From Negaprion brevirostris (lineage: Eukaryota), in assembly GCA_030324005.1 (NCBI GenBank), contig JARDVH010000115.1, positions 3,694,232 through 3,758,231 of the forward strand: a stretch of 64,000 nt of DNA. The letters run 5' to 3'. The notes under the pieces are model-generated. The model was not told the DNA's origin. It saw nothing but the letters and a program-made list of their open reading frames with translations, and ran no database searches. The translations under genes and the position numbers were made by a program. Shown here in pieces: positions 50,601 to 62,721 of the stretch; position 1 is the first letter of the stretch, and the number at the start of each line of letters is the position of its first letter.

Positions 50601-51637
50601 GCGATGTAGTGATATTGTCACCGGACTAGCAATCGAGGGACCCAGGAAAATGTTCAGGGGACCTGGGTTCAAATCCCATCTAGGCCCAACTATCTTCAGT
50701 TGCTTCATCAATGACCTTCCTTCCATCATAAGGTCAGAAGAGGGGATGTTTACAGATGTCCATTTCCAATATCTGCATTTTTTTTATCCATTCGTGGGAC
50801 ATGGGCAGCACTGGCTGGCCAGCCTTTATTGCCCATTCCCAGTGGCCTAGTGGTATTATCGTTAAACTACTAATCCAAATACTTAGCTAATTTTCTGGGG
50901 ACCCAGGTTTGAATCCCACCACGGTAGATGGTGGAATTTGAATTCAATAAAAAATATCTGGAATGAAGAATCTACTAATAACCATGAAACCATTGTCAAT
51001 TGTTGAAAAAACCCATCCAATTCACTAATGTCTTTTAGGGAAGAAAATCTGCTGTCCTTATCTGGTCTGGCCTATATGTGACTCCAGGTCCACAACCAGG
51101 TTGACTCTCAACTGTCCTCGCACCCTAGGGATGGGCAATAAAGGCTGGCTAGATGGTTAGACTGGTGGTGGAAGCAAATTGAAAAAAAACTTTATGAAGA
51201 GAATTGAACACATACAGGTCTATGAGGAAAAAGCAGGAGATGTGGTACTGATTGGATATTTTTCCAAAGAGATAACAAGGGCACAATAGGCTAAATAAGC
51301 TCCACACCATGAAATGTTTTAATAACTCCTTACATATTTGTTGGAAAACTGAGAGAACAATTGTCAACCATTAACCACCCATTTCTCATTCCATTGAGGT
51401 TCAGGTCCTTTAAATATGCAAATCTGGGCACCTTATTGGTACAAAACTGATGGAGTCTATGACATATCCAACGAAGTGTATTAGGATAATTCCTACTTGA
51501 CCTCCTAAGAAAATCCCTGCATGGTCAAACCTCAAGAAGTAGACCCCAAATTCAGGATGCAGCACACAAAACTAACCAGTAGCAACCTACTTTTCGGCCA
51601 CATGCCCTTTCAGGAGATGTGAAGTATGGCTTGCTAC

Positions 51638-51762
51638 CATTTGCAATAGTTGGGCCAACTGCTTTTTCTTTGCAGCTGTTTCCTTTGAAGTACCTTGAGA
51701 GGTCAAGATGACCTCTGTCCTTTGCTCTTTGTGGAGCTTAATGTCTGGACTGAAAACATCAT
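51638..51762 (-). CDS. Internal exon of the unidentified minus-strand gene ((D)DVFSPDIKLHKEQRTEVILTSQGTSKETAAKKKQLAQLLQM)
   Basis: Strong acceptor cctcttcttcttttgcag|, phase 1, matching the phase-1 donor at 60808. The frame is open. The donor ATG|gtagca is weak, so the 3' boundary is uncertain (in-frame stop at 51587 if read through). Confidence 0.6.
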
Positions 51763-52309
51763 CTGCAAAAGAAGAAGAGGAAGACCAAGTTTGAGGCAAC
51801 TGACCAAAGATTAACATCTCAAATGTCTTTTTTATTGTCGCTTGTCTCTTTCGTGTTACTGTTGAGAGCTTAATTGCTTAATATCTGTGCTATCAAACTA
51901 TATGAACAAAAAAAAGTTGCGTTTCTATAGCACGATATAACACAGTAAAACATTTCAATAAATTTTGCAGTAGCTTTAACTAACAGAAATTCAATAACGA
52001 TCTGGATAAGGAAATATTAGGACAGATAATCAAATGGTTTTAGTTTTAAACAATGTCTTAAAATAAGAGAAAGTGGTCCAGAGTCAGGGAGTTTGAGAGT
52101 AGGAATTCCAGGCTTCAGCAGCTGAAGATGTGGCTGCCAATGGTAGTGCAACTAAAATTGGGGAATGCACAACAGGCTAGAATTAGAAAGCAGAGAAACC
52201 TTGGAGGTTTATAGGACTGGAGGAGATTATAGACATGGGGGGTGGGGGCGAGGCTACGGAGGATTTTGAAAAGAAGGATTGAAATTTTGAAATCAGACCA
52301 ATTACCAAG

Positions 52310-52395
52310 GATAAAAGCAAAATACTGCGGATGCTGGAATCTGAAACAAGAACAGAAAATGCTGGAAATCTCAGCAGGTCCGACAGCATCTGTAA
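52310..52395. mobile_element. Penelope-derived short repeat end
   Basis: aaaagcaaaatactgcggatgctggaatctgaaac...gctggaaatctcagcaggtc, an abundant shark repeat terminus by recall. Confidence 0.55.
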
Positions 52396-52409
52396 GGCGT
52401 GAATAGAAT

Positions 52410-53345
52410 CAATGGGCGATTTGACTATTTTAATTCTAAGTGCTGGGCGGACTTGAAATTGGGAGTGTTTCAGATCGAACTTTTAGATCCATTATCAAGC
52501 GCCCCATTCCCACTCTGCCCGAAAAAATATCAGCGATTCCAAATTGCGCTGGAGAAGCCTGTGGGTGGGGCNNNNNNNNNNNNNNNNNNNNNNNNNNNNN
52601 NNNNNNNNNNNNNNNNNNNNNNNNNNNNNNNNNNNNNNNNNNNNNNNNNNNNNNNNNNNNNNNNNNNNNNNNNNNNNNNNNNNNNNNNNNNNNNNNNNNN
52701 NNNNNNNNNNNNNNNNNNNNNNNNNNNNNNNNNNNNNNNNNNNNNNNNNNNNNNNNNNNNNNNNNNNNNNNNNNNNNNNNNNNNNNNNNNNNNNNNNNNN
52801 NNNNNNNNNNNNNNNNNNNNNNNNNNNNNNNNNNNNNNNNNNNNNNNNNNNNNNNNNNNNNNNNNNNNNNNNNNNNNNNNNNNNNNNNNNNNNNNNNNNN
52901 NNNNNNNNNNNNNNNNNNNNNNNNNNNNNNNNNNNNNNNNNNNNNNNNNNNNNNNNNNNNNNNNNNNNNNNNNNNNNNNNNNNNCCACCAATCTGAGTCA
53001 GGGAGTTGCCAGAAGATCAGAATTTACCTCCTCAGAAGCTGGAGCACCTGAATCGGATCTTTGTGGACCATGTATATTCTGCGCCGAATCTGGATGAGTG
53101 AACGCAGTGGTAAAGGGGGAAGTGCCGGTAAGTTTGGGCATGCAGCTCATTCAGTCAATTTAAATACATTTGAATTGACGTCATGCCCGTTTCAGGCATG
53201 GTCCCAATGGCAGCCATTTTTGGCCCATGGTAAAGGGGGAACGGGTGTGGAGCTGAGCACAGTTTGCGCTACTCACTTCACGCCTGACTTGACCAAGATT
53301 TTGCGCCCAAAAACGGGCACAACTTCATGGTGAAATCGGGCCCAA
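52410..53345. mobile_element. GC-rich MITE-like insertion spanning a gap
   Basis: CpG-rich block with roughly inverted ends gggcgattt...aaatcgggccc. Confidence 0.4.
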
Positions 53346-53599
53346 TGTTCCAAGTCTAGATGACTCTTCGTCAGATTTTAACAAAAAGCCTAATATCAAT
53401 TACGCTTTATAATATTATGCTTTTTGTTAAAATCTGCTACAGTCACCTGAGTTTGGCTTTGGGAAGTGAGTTTAACAACAGTCTTTTTACCTCACGTATC
53501 TTTAAGTGCAGCCCAGATTTACTGGATGAAAATGTTTTTACCAGCTCAACTGCCAGATGGATTTTATGCCACTGTTAAGGTCAAATACCCAGCACATTA

Positions 53600-56500
53600 T
53601 TCAACATTGGAGGTTAAGTCCTGAAGGGAGAAACGTGATGAGATGAAATGACGCCAAAGACAAAATAACATCCATCTGGTAGGCCTTGCAGAGGGAATTA
53701 AGAGCCCAAATATCACAGACTCTGTCACCCGGCTATTGAAGAATGTGATGCAACTTGAGAATTAGCCACTTCTGGATCACAAAGCCCAGGCCAGGAGAAG
53801 CTCCTCGGCCTATTATTGCACAAGTACATTACATCTCAGCACAAGACAGAATCCTGCAGCAAGCAGCACAGGCTACCACTCTGAGGTACCAGGAGAATAA
53901 GCAGTTAATAGTTCCAGATTTTACCCCAGTGATAGCAAGAAGGGCAGCCTTCGCTGGTGTCAAAGAACTTCTGCATGACTGGCCTGGGGTCAGGTTTGGG
54001 CTTCGCTTTCCAGTCTGCTTGAGGATCACTCTCAACAATGGAACTGAGCACAAATTCACGGACCCACCGGTGGCGATGAAATTTGTGGAGCAGCTTTTTA
54101 AATTGGATGACTGCATGGTGGATGTAACCTGATATTTGTTTTTTATGAACCTGCATGCTATACCTGGATCGAATTGTTGTCCAGGAAAGGGTAATGGGTT
54201 TTGCGACTGTTAGGTTAAGTGTTTGGTACTTCTACAGACCTTTTCAGGTTATAGCATCTGTGACTGCAATGGGAATGGAGGTGAAGATTGTGTCCATGCA
54301 GAGTGCTGTGAAAGTGCCGCAGTAAGGAGGTGTTGGAGGCACAGGTGTCCTTTTTTGGGAGGGTATATGTGGGGAGGGATTGGGGAACGCTGTGTTTGTG
54401 AGTTTGGTCTGTGTGGGTATTTTTGTGTTTTTGCTATATCTTCTTTTCTCTGTGGGTATGGTTTGGCCTCTTTCAAGCCTGTCCTCCCTTTCTCATGGTT
54501 GGTTCCCTGCGGCCGATGGGGAAGGTGGAGGGTAGGACCCTGGGGTGTGGCGTCTGTCAATGTCAGCGGTTGGGGGGAAACCTGCAGTGAGGAGGGATAG
54601 CAGGCTACTGTTAGGAATGTGGGATGCTACCTAGGAGGCCCTTAGGCTCTGACCTCGGAGCACTAGCTGGAATGTCAGGGTATTAAATCATCTGGTTAAA
54701 TGTGGTAAGATATTTCAACATCTTCAAAAACTCGGTACCTAAATTGCATTCCTCGAAGAGACCTGCCTCAGGCCAGTGGACTGTTTTAGGTTCCGTATGG
54801 GGGGGCGTCAATGCCTTCACTCAACTTTTCACATCAAGGCACAGGGGGCAGCAATCCTTATCCACAAGTCATTGCCCTTGGTAGTAACCAATGTCATTTC
54901 TGACTCAAATGAACAATATGTCATTGTTGTGGGTAAATTATATGGGACTGCCCCAATGTTAGCCAATGTGTAAGCCCTAAACTGGAACTGTGAAAACTTT
55001 TTCCAGTTGTTTCTTGTGCTACTTCCAGATTTGAATTCACATCAGTTGATTCTGGGCTGAGATTTCAACTATTGGTTGAATTCTGCCCTGGACTGCTCCT
55101 CCCCCAGGACCGCTGTATCTTCCAAGTTGGCAGAAATCATTTCTCATGGAATACGCAGTGTTGGACCCATGGAGATTTCTTAATCCAACCAATAGGGAAT
55201 ATTCTTTTTTTTCACCTATCCACCAAACCTATTCACGTATAGATTACTTTTTGGTAGAAAACAAGTTGCTTTCAGCTGTGCGCTCATGCTCCTACGAAAT
55301 CATTGTAATCTTGGACCATGCTCCCTTGACAATGGACTTGGTAGTAGGGAGGAGAGTGGACCCCTGTACGCCTTGGTGATTTAATACTTATCTGCTGTCT
55401 GATGATGAGTTTGTTAAGGTTTCGGTTAACCCAGATCGATGATTTCTTAGAGTTTAATGATGCTCTTTTCCAAAGGAAAAGAGGGCATAGGTTTAAAGTG
55501 ATAGGGGAGACACACAAAAGTGTCCAGAGGGTCAATTTTTTCACATAGGGTGTGGTGAATGTCTGGAACAAGCTGCTAGAGGTACAATTTTATCTTTTAA
55601 AAAGCATTTAGATAGTTACATGGGTAAGATGGTATAGAGGGATATGGTCCAAATGTAGGCAATTGAGATTAGCTTAGGGGTCTAAAAAAAAAAGCAGCTT
55701 GGACAAATCAGGCCGAAGGGCCTGTTTCCATGCTGTAAACCTCTATGAGTCTATGACTCTGGGAGTCTCAGAGAACTGCTACCTTATGGGAGATATTGAA
55801 GGCTTATTTAAGAGGCCAGATCTTATTCAACGCACAAGGTGAAGCAGAAAGGTAAGAGGTATCGGACTCACTGGGGCATTTCACCCAAATTAATGCTGCA
55901 TACGCTGTGGGCCTGTCCCCAGAGGTATATAAGGAACATTTACTACTTCTGGCGAAGTTTGAGACCTTGTCCTCATGTCAAGCGGAAAAGATGATGTTCA
56001 AAACTAAGTATACACACTATGAACATGGGGACAAGGCAAACAAGCAACTCGCTCATCAGATGAGCCAATTCTCCGCCAAAAGTCTAATACCACAAATGCA
56101 AACTCCGAATGATCCACAGTGCATAAATGAACTGTTTAGGGACTTTTACTCAATTCTCTGTAGCTCGGACATTACCGCCAACGAGGCGGACTTTCAGGAG
56201 TTTTTTGGGGCACTGAATCTCCCCTTGGTGGACAGGGGAGAGGCTGCAGCACTGGAGAAACCAACTGATGTTGAAGAAATTGTCAGAGCTGCCAGAACTA
56301 TGCTGAGTGGGAAACGTCTGGGCCCAGATGGGTACCTCATTGAATTCTACAAAAAATTTATGGATAGGTTGGCTCCCCTGCTACTACGCATGATCAATGA
56401 ATCGAATGAAAACCGCGCTCTCCCACAGACTTTGAGGCAAGCGACAATTTAGTTTATCCTTAAAAAGAATAAGGCCCCGCAATTCTGCAGCTCCTACAGA

Positions 56501-58070
56501 CCGATCTCAAATTCATGCTGAACGTGGATCTCGAACTGATCTCTTAAATTCTGGCCATTCGCTTGGAGGACATTCTGCCCTCTATCATCTCGCTGACCAG
56601 ACTGGATTTATTAAAAACAGACATATGTACTTGAATATTTGGCAGCTGTTTCACATTTTGTATGCGCCTGCTGCCTGCCACCTCCAAGTTCCCATAGGTG
56701 TTAATCTTGCTGCTGCTGAAAAAGTGTTTGATTGGGTGGAATGGCGTTATTTATTTTATGCTCTTGGGTGGGTCAGGTTCGGGCCAGAGCTCATCTCCTG
56801 GATCAAAATATTGTACTCCGCCCCTCTAGCTTCGGTCTGGACAAACAATGTGCATTCAGCTTTTTTCCCTTTGTTCCGGGGCACTAGGCAAGGATGCCCC
56901 CTTCCCCCTGTTATTTGCCATTACAATTGAACCTCTTGCTACGGCTTTTCACAATAGTAAACGAGTGGTGGGGATTGGTTGGGAGGGAATTGATGGAGAG
57001 TATCGCTGTACGCGGATGACCTTCTATTGTACGTCGGCAACTCATCCAACTCGATTCCCGAAGTCTTATCTATACTAGAGAGGTTTGGTCGTATTTCGGG
57101 GTACAAGCTCAACTTGATTACGTGTGAGCTCCTTCCTTTCAATACAATGGCTCATAGCCTCCCGCTCCACAAGCCTTTCAAGGTCGTTATTAGGCAGTTT
57201 ACTTACTTGGGGGTGCAAGTGACTAGCAAATTTAGAGGGCGCTTTGAAGCTAACTTTGCTTTACTCATGGGGCAGACGGAACAGGATCTCAAATGTTGGT
57301 CCACTCTCCTGTCATTGTTAGCGGGCTATATCAATGCGGTGAAGATGAATATACTACCTAAATTTTTATATCTCTTTCAATGCTTTCTGGTGTTCATCCC
57401 TAAATCCTTTCCTCACAGATTCAATCGGCCCAAGCCTTTGTCTGGAATAGCAAAAGCCCAAGAAAACAGAGAGCAGACTTGCAAAGCCCTAATTGCCCAA
57501 TTTTCTATTTTATTATTGGGCAGCCATTTTGAGATTGGAAGTGTGTTGGGTGCAGAGAGAAAGACAACCTAAAGTTCCTTTTTAACTGCAGTTAGAATCC
57601 TCCTGTGCTCCGTCTTCCTTGGCTGCCTTGATATGTTCCTGGTAAATTATCCCTCCTCTCAGTATACTAGGAATGCATTTGTCAATTCAACTTAGAATTT
57701 TGACGCAATTTAGATGCCACTTTGGGTTTCAAGCCTGGTCACTGGTCTTCCCAATATCGGCTTTTCCCTCTGTTTCCGATGGTGCCTTCAACACATGGGT
57801 CAAGCGCAGGATCAGAGCATTCGGGACTTATATGTGGACAGCGTGTTTGCGTCATTCCAGCAAGTGGTGGTTAAGTTTGCTTTACCTGCAATGCCCTTTT
57901 TCAGATATTTGCAGACTTTGCGTGGAGGGCTGACTCTCAATTTCCAATGTTCCCACCTCGTGTCTCCATTGGCATCTTCTTAGTGCCTTCCATTACTATG
58001 CGTGGTATCATTTCTGTTCTTTATTCTCAAATTCTGTCCCAACAAAACTCTCTATCAGTGTTAAATCTTT
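53600..58070 (+). mobile_element. L1/Tx1-type LINE (ORF1 plus ORF2), decayed, intronic and antisense to the host gene
   Basis: ORF1 RQRQNNIHLVGLAEG, PRPGEAPRPIIAQVH, IVPDFTP and GLRFPVCLRIT. EN SWNVRVLN..IAFLEET and YSRIDYFLV..LDHAPL. RT GPDGYLIEFYKKF, RGTRQGCPL, LYADDLLLY and FGRISGYKLN. Confidence 0.9.
55462..55758 (+). mobile_element. CR1/HER1 3' fragment nested in the L1 ORF2
   Basis: GHRFKVIGE..RGSIF..RVVNVWNKL with a ctatga-repeat tail. The L1 text FLEFND...LWEILKAYLRGQI is split around it. Confidence 0.85.
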
Positions 58071-60807
58071 ATNNNNNNNNNNNNNNNNNNNNNNNNNNNN
58101 NNNNNNNNNNNNNNNNNNNNNNNNNNNNNNNNNNNNNNNNNNNNNNNNNNNNNNNNNNNNNNNNNNNNNNNNACTCTCCACACCCTCCGCGCAATTTGCC
58201 GTTCCACCAATCTTGGTGTCATCAGCAAATTTCGACACCATACACTCGGGTCCCTCCTCCAGATCATCTAAATAAATGGTAAATAGCTGAGGCCCCAGCA
58301 CCGACCCCTGACCTGAGTCCACCCGCCCACCCTGCTGAGGTATGGGGACCATTACAAGAACTTTTCTCTTTTCCCTTTCACTCTCTTTCTTCTCTCTCTT
58401 TTGCTGTCTGTCTTTCTTTTCTCTGCTTGCTAATTTATAGCCTGGACTGTTTGGGCGCTCAGTTGGTTATCCAACAGCATTCCTCCGCCTTTTTGTTTTT
58501 ATATTATTACCATCGTTACCAGTGCAATTAGACAGGACTTGGATGGAGTGGATATTGGGGCTACCAGGGATTTGTCCCCTGGCCATGGGAAGCCAAATGC
58601 CCAGTCACGTTGGAATGTACACGTGAGCACTGTGTGGATCTGCACCTGGGTTTGTTTGCCATGTACAATATAAGAAAATTTCAATAATCATATCAAAAAA
58701 TAGTAACATAAGGTTACAACTATCCAATTAACCTGGTGCCACACGGTGAATTTCCATATTAGGAACATTGGGCTCTTTGCAGCACCGGCTTGGATGAAAC
58801 AATGATCATGAGGACAGCATGAATATTTGAACTGTTACAAAGTGGGTGATATTACTAAAAAAATTCTATGTGCAGAACAAGTGTGAAATGAGGGAGAATC
58901 ACACCCATTTCTCAGTCAGCTTTCAGAAATGATCTATGGCATTTAGAGCAAAAAAGAGGCAAAGTGTGATTTACACCAATAGAAGGAGTTTATTCTTGCT
59001 AGAATTCCAGCTTCTCGCACTAGAGGGTGCTATCCCTCATTGTTACAGGAAGATCTGTCAGATCCACCCCACCCCTCCCCCCTCGATCACTGGCCTCCCC
59101 AACTGATCACTGTCCTCACATCCTGGATATTGCCCTGATGCCCCTGCCCGCAACCCCAGACGATGGCCGTCCCAGTATCCTGTCCAGCCAATTGCCACTA
59201 TTTAGATTGATGAGTACCTCTGACTGCTGACACTTTACTTTTTTGTCTGCATTCAGGCCAAGTCTTCCTCTCTTCCATAATGTTTTGGCCGCACACCTTC
59301 AGAAATATGACTTATATAGGGAATCTTGCAAGAATCTTTGTAACATTATCAATGATAGCACAGAATTTCAGTCTCCAACCTATGCTGCATCAACTTCACA
59401 CCGAGATTTCCACCCCCACCTCCAACTTTTAAAGAGATTATCCAGGATGCTCCACCTCTCACCATAGAATTACAGATGCCTCCTGCCTCAGTTCAGCAGC
59501 ATCACTCTACCCTGCAAATCATATAAATCTCTCTTTGCTGACCCAACAGTGGTACTTTGTATTGCAGTCATATGTACTTAGGAACAATAGTCAGCTATTC
59601 ATTCCTCAAGTAAGTCTGCACAACATCCTTACAGAAGTACTGCAGTTGTCAAGCTATCACCCTACAACACAGTCCCTTCCAGGCTCTGCCATTCCACTGG
59701 GTATTGGGAGGGGTACATACAGGTTGCAGTGAGTTAGGTGTGAACAGGTTATATTGTGGCAACCCCACTAAATCTGTTGATCACCTAGTCCCATGTCATT
59801 GAGATAGTTTGCTGGCTTCTAGCCCTCTCCAACAGTTTTCCTTCCTGTCCCTGATCACATCCCTCCCTTACCATCCTCCCCCTCTCCCCCAATGTTCTGC
59901 CTCTCCCTCACATTAACTTTCTACTCTTTCCTTTCCACCCTGTTTTTTGTCCCTCATCTCTTTTGTTCTATCCTCCACCCTCTCGCCATTTACTCATCTC
60001 CTTCTACTCCTTCCCCTCCAGTCTGCATCCTTCCCTCCCTCTGTCTCCACCTTGGTCCAGTTATCAATGCCTTCCAAATCTGCATGACCTCATCACTACA
60101 CTTGATCTAGGCGTATTAGAGATTGATTTGTTTGCTCAGTCATCCCACCTCCTTTCAATATTATCGATGTTAGGAGAAACTGTTATTATGAGGAAATGAT
60201 ATCAACTCTAATGGTGGAATAACTAGGCTATTTGCTGGAATAAAGGCACAAATTTCCTCCCTTTTAACCTTGTATATGATTGGACCCAAGCATAGTTTTA
60301 GAAAGGCAAGGAGAATACACATCCAATGAAGCTCTGGAAATCACCAGTGGATTAAGATGAAAATGCTTAAATGATAGTCAATCTGTACTATTCTTGCACA
60401 CTTGGTAAGGTATTCCTGGGGCATGCCTCAGGAATACCTTAGCAGAAAGTACTGTAATATAGTGTCATGATAAAACAGAGAACATGAGTTCACATATCCA
60501 CCATACAATTTAAAGAAAAATCGGGAAGCATAAAGCTGGTATCAGTAAAAATGTCTGTGGAGCTGCCTTTATTCTTCTGTTGGTAGCTATGCCTTCAGTT
60601 GTTTGAGGCCCTGAGCTCTGGAATTCCCACCCTAAAACTTTTTGAACTTAGACCATTTGGTTACCTGACCTAAGAACATCCAATGTGGTTCGGTGTCAGC
60701 TTTTGTTTCATGTCATTTTTGTAAAGCAACTTGGAATGTTTTACTATGTTAAAGATAATATTTAAATTCAGTTTGTTGTTGTTGCAGAACATAGGGAGCT
60801 TTATTAC

Positions 60808-62213
60808 CTGAAAAGGGATGTTTCTCATTGGTTGAATGGTGAGATGCTCGTTTCTTCCTGTGCTGTCTAGTTTGCACAGGTGACAGTAGTTCCTTCTCAC
60901 AAGTCGACTTCTGTTTATTCTGTGGCATGCTTGGCAAATGCTCCCCTAGCTTCACACTTAACTGTAAAAGATGCTCTTTTGGTAATTTTGATTGCGAGCA
61001 ATTGCCCCTTGTTTGGTGGTGCCGTGATCGTCGGCACACGTGTATCCGTGGTGGCAATTTTGATTGCTGTTGGATTTTGCTACCAGGTTGATCCTCCTGG
61101 TGATTCAAGTTTTGTGGGTCTTGCTTAGAAAGCTGTGGGCTTTTCTCTGCATTGCACTTCTGGTGGTTGAGGCTTTGGTCCTGCGGCTCTTGGTTTTCTT
61201 GATCTGCCTGAGGGTCAGACTTTTGGCCCTGATGTGTTTGATCAAGATTATTTTCATGGTCAGCTGGTTGATTCTGCTGTGGTTGACAAGTCTGGGGGTT
61301 TTTCTCTTCTTCATCTAGATCTGGTTGAATATTAGACTCCTGACCTTGTTTATTGGAAAGATGGATCTGATGGTCAGGCTGATTTCTCTCTTGCTGGTCT
61401 AAATGATCAGATGACTGATCTTGTCGAAACTGTTGCTCGCTGCCTTGGAGACAGTCAGTGCAATGTCTCTGTTGGACCTGCAGTTCTTGATCGGAATGGT
61501 GTGACTTAAAACCAGGTTGTTTGTCCTTTACATATAGCCAGTGTTGGCCCAGATGGTCTCTTTGATAGCAGAACCACTGACCCTGCTGACACTGAAGTTC
61601 TTGGTTTGGGTAATGTACCAGGCAGTCCAGACATTGGCTTTGATAAGGTTGAAGATCTTGTGAGCAGTGTGGNNNNNNNNNNNNNNNNNNNNNNNNNNNN
61701 NNNNNNNNNNNNNNNNNNNNNNNNNNNNNNNNNNNNNNNNNNNNNNNNNNNNNNNNNNNNNNNNNNNNNNNNTTGTGAGCAGTGTGGCTGATGGTTGAGC
61801 CATTGGCTCTGCAAACAATAAAGCTTTTGATCTGGATGATGTGCCTGAAATCTAAACCATTCAGCTTGTGGGCAGAGCCAATCATCAGTTGCACTATAAA
61901 CTGGATCTTCAAGGTGTTGAGCCTGCGAACACTGTGATTGTTGGTCTCCACATGCTTGATGATCAAGCCATTGGTTCTGTGTGCTTTGAGGTTTTGGATC
62001 TGAATGGGTAACTTGATAATTGGCCCACTGACCTTGTGGAAAAGTCCACTCCTGGTCCAGATACTGTGCCTGATTGTGAGAATGTTGAAAATGCTGGCAT
62101 TGCTTCCCAAACATCTGCAACTCTTCCAGCTGTTCGGGCAGCCCGTTTCTCTCAGTTCCATCCACCTGGTACTTATGCCTCTGCGTAATTTTCATCTGTT
62201 CCGATTTAGCATT
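60808..62213 (-). CDS. Large internal exon encoding a Gln/His/Cys/Trp-rich degenerate repeat plus a basic segment (unidentified gene)
   Basis: Acceptor ttgttgtttgctttgttaag| (phase 0, NAKSEQMKITQ...) and donor TCA G|GTAATA (phase 1). The frame is open on both sides of a 100-N gap whose flanks are an identical 15-mer. Collapsing that overlap gives 1291 nt (430 codons + 1) with no stops. Confidence 0.75.
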
Positions 62214-62276
62214 CTTAACAAAGCAAACAACAAATAAGCGTTATCTTGTTCTGCCTGAAATAAAGACCACTCATTT

Positions 62277-62588
62277 GGGGTGGCACAGTGACACAGTGGT
62301 TAGCACTGCTGCCTCACAGTGCCAGGGACCCGGGTTTGATTCCCGGCTTGGGTCACTGTCTGTGGGGAATCTGCATGTTCTCTCCATGTTTGCGTGGGTT
62401 TCCTCTGGGTGCTCGGGTTTCATCCCACAGTCCAAAGATGTGAGGGTTAGGTGGATTGGCCATGTTAAATTTCTCCTTAGTGTCAGGGGGACTAGCTAGG
62501 GTAAATGCATGGGATTATGGGATAGGGCATGGGTGGGACTGTGATCAGTGAAGATTCAATTGGCCAAAGGCCTCCTTCTGCACTGTAC
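62277..62588 (+). mobile_element. HE1-type V-SINE in an intron
   Basis: tRNA head, V-domain and tail as in 4196-4588. Confidence 0.85.
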
Positions 62589-62640
62589 AACCCAAAGTAT
62601 TCCTTACTATAATAAATATAAAAACATGTTTTTTTTGGAC

Positions 62641-62721
62641 CTTTTCCTTAAGTGCTGTTGCTAGGTCTTTGATTTTCTTGTCATCCTGGCAGGATTTCGA
62701 TTTCAGGGCATCTATTTCTTC
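62641..62721 (-). CDS. 81-nt phase 0-0 coiled-coil-like exon (EEIDALKSKSCQDDKKIKDLATALKEK) of the same gene
   Basis: Strong acceptor tgttttttttccctctcag| and donor AAG|gtccaa. Heptad-like hydrophobic spacing. In phase with the downstream large exon. Confidence 0.7.

Noticed and set aside
52399-53097. Long ORFs across 52.4-53.1 kb and other X-rich ORFs
   Set aside because: Their length comes from N runs.
61775-62161. N-terminal half of the 470-aa ORF (MELRETGCPNSW...)
   Set aside because: Wrong frame, joined through the N gap. The Q/H-rich frame of the 229-aa ORF is the one continuous with the downstream part.
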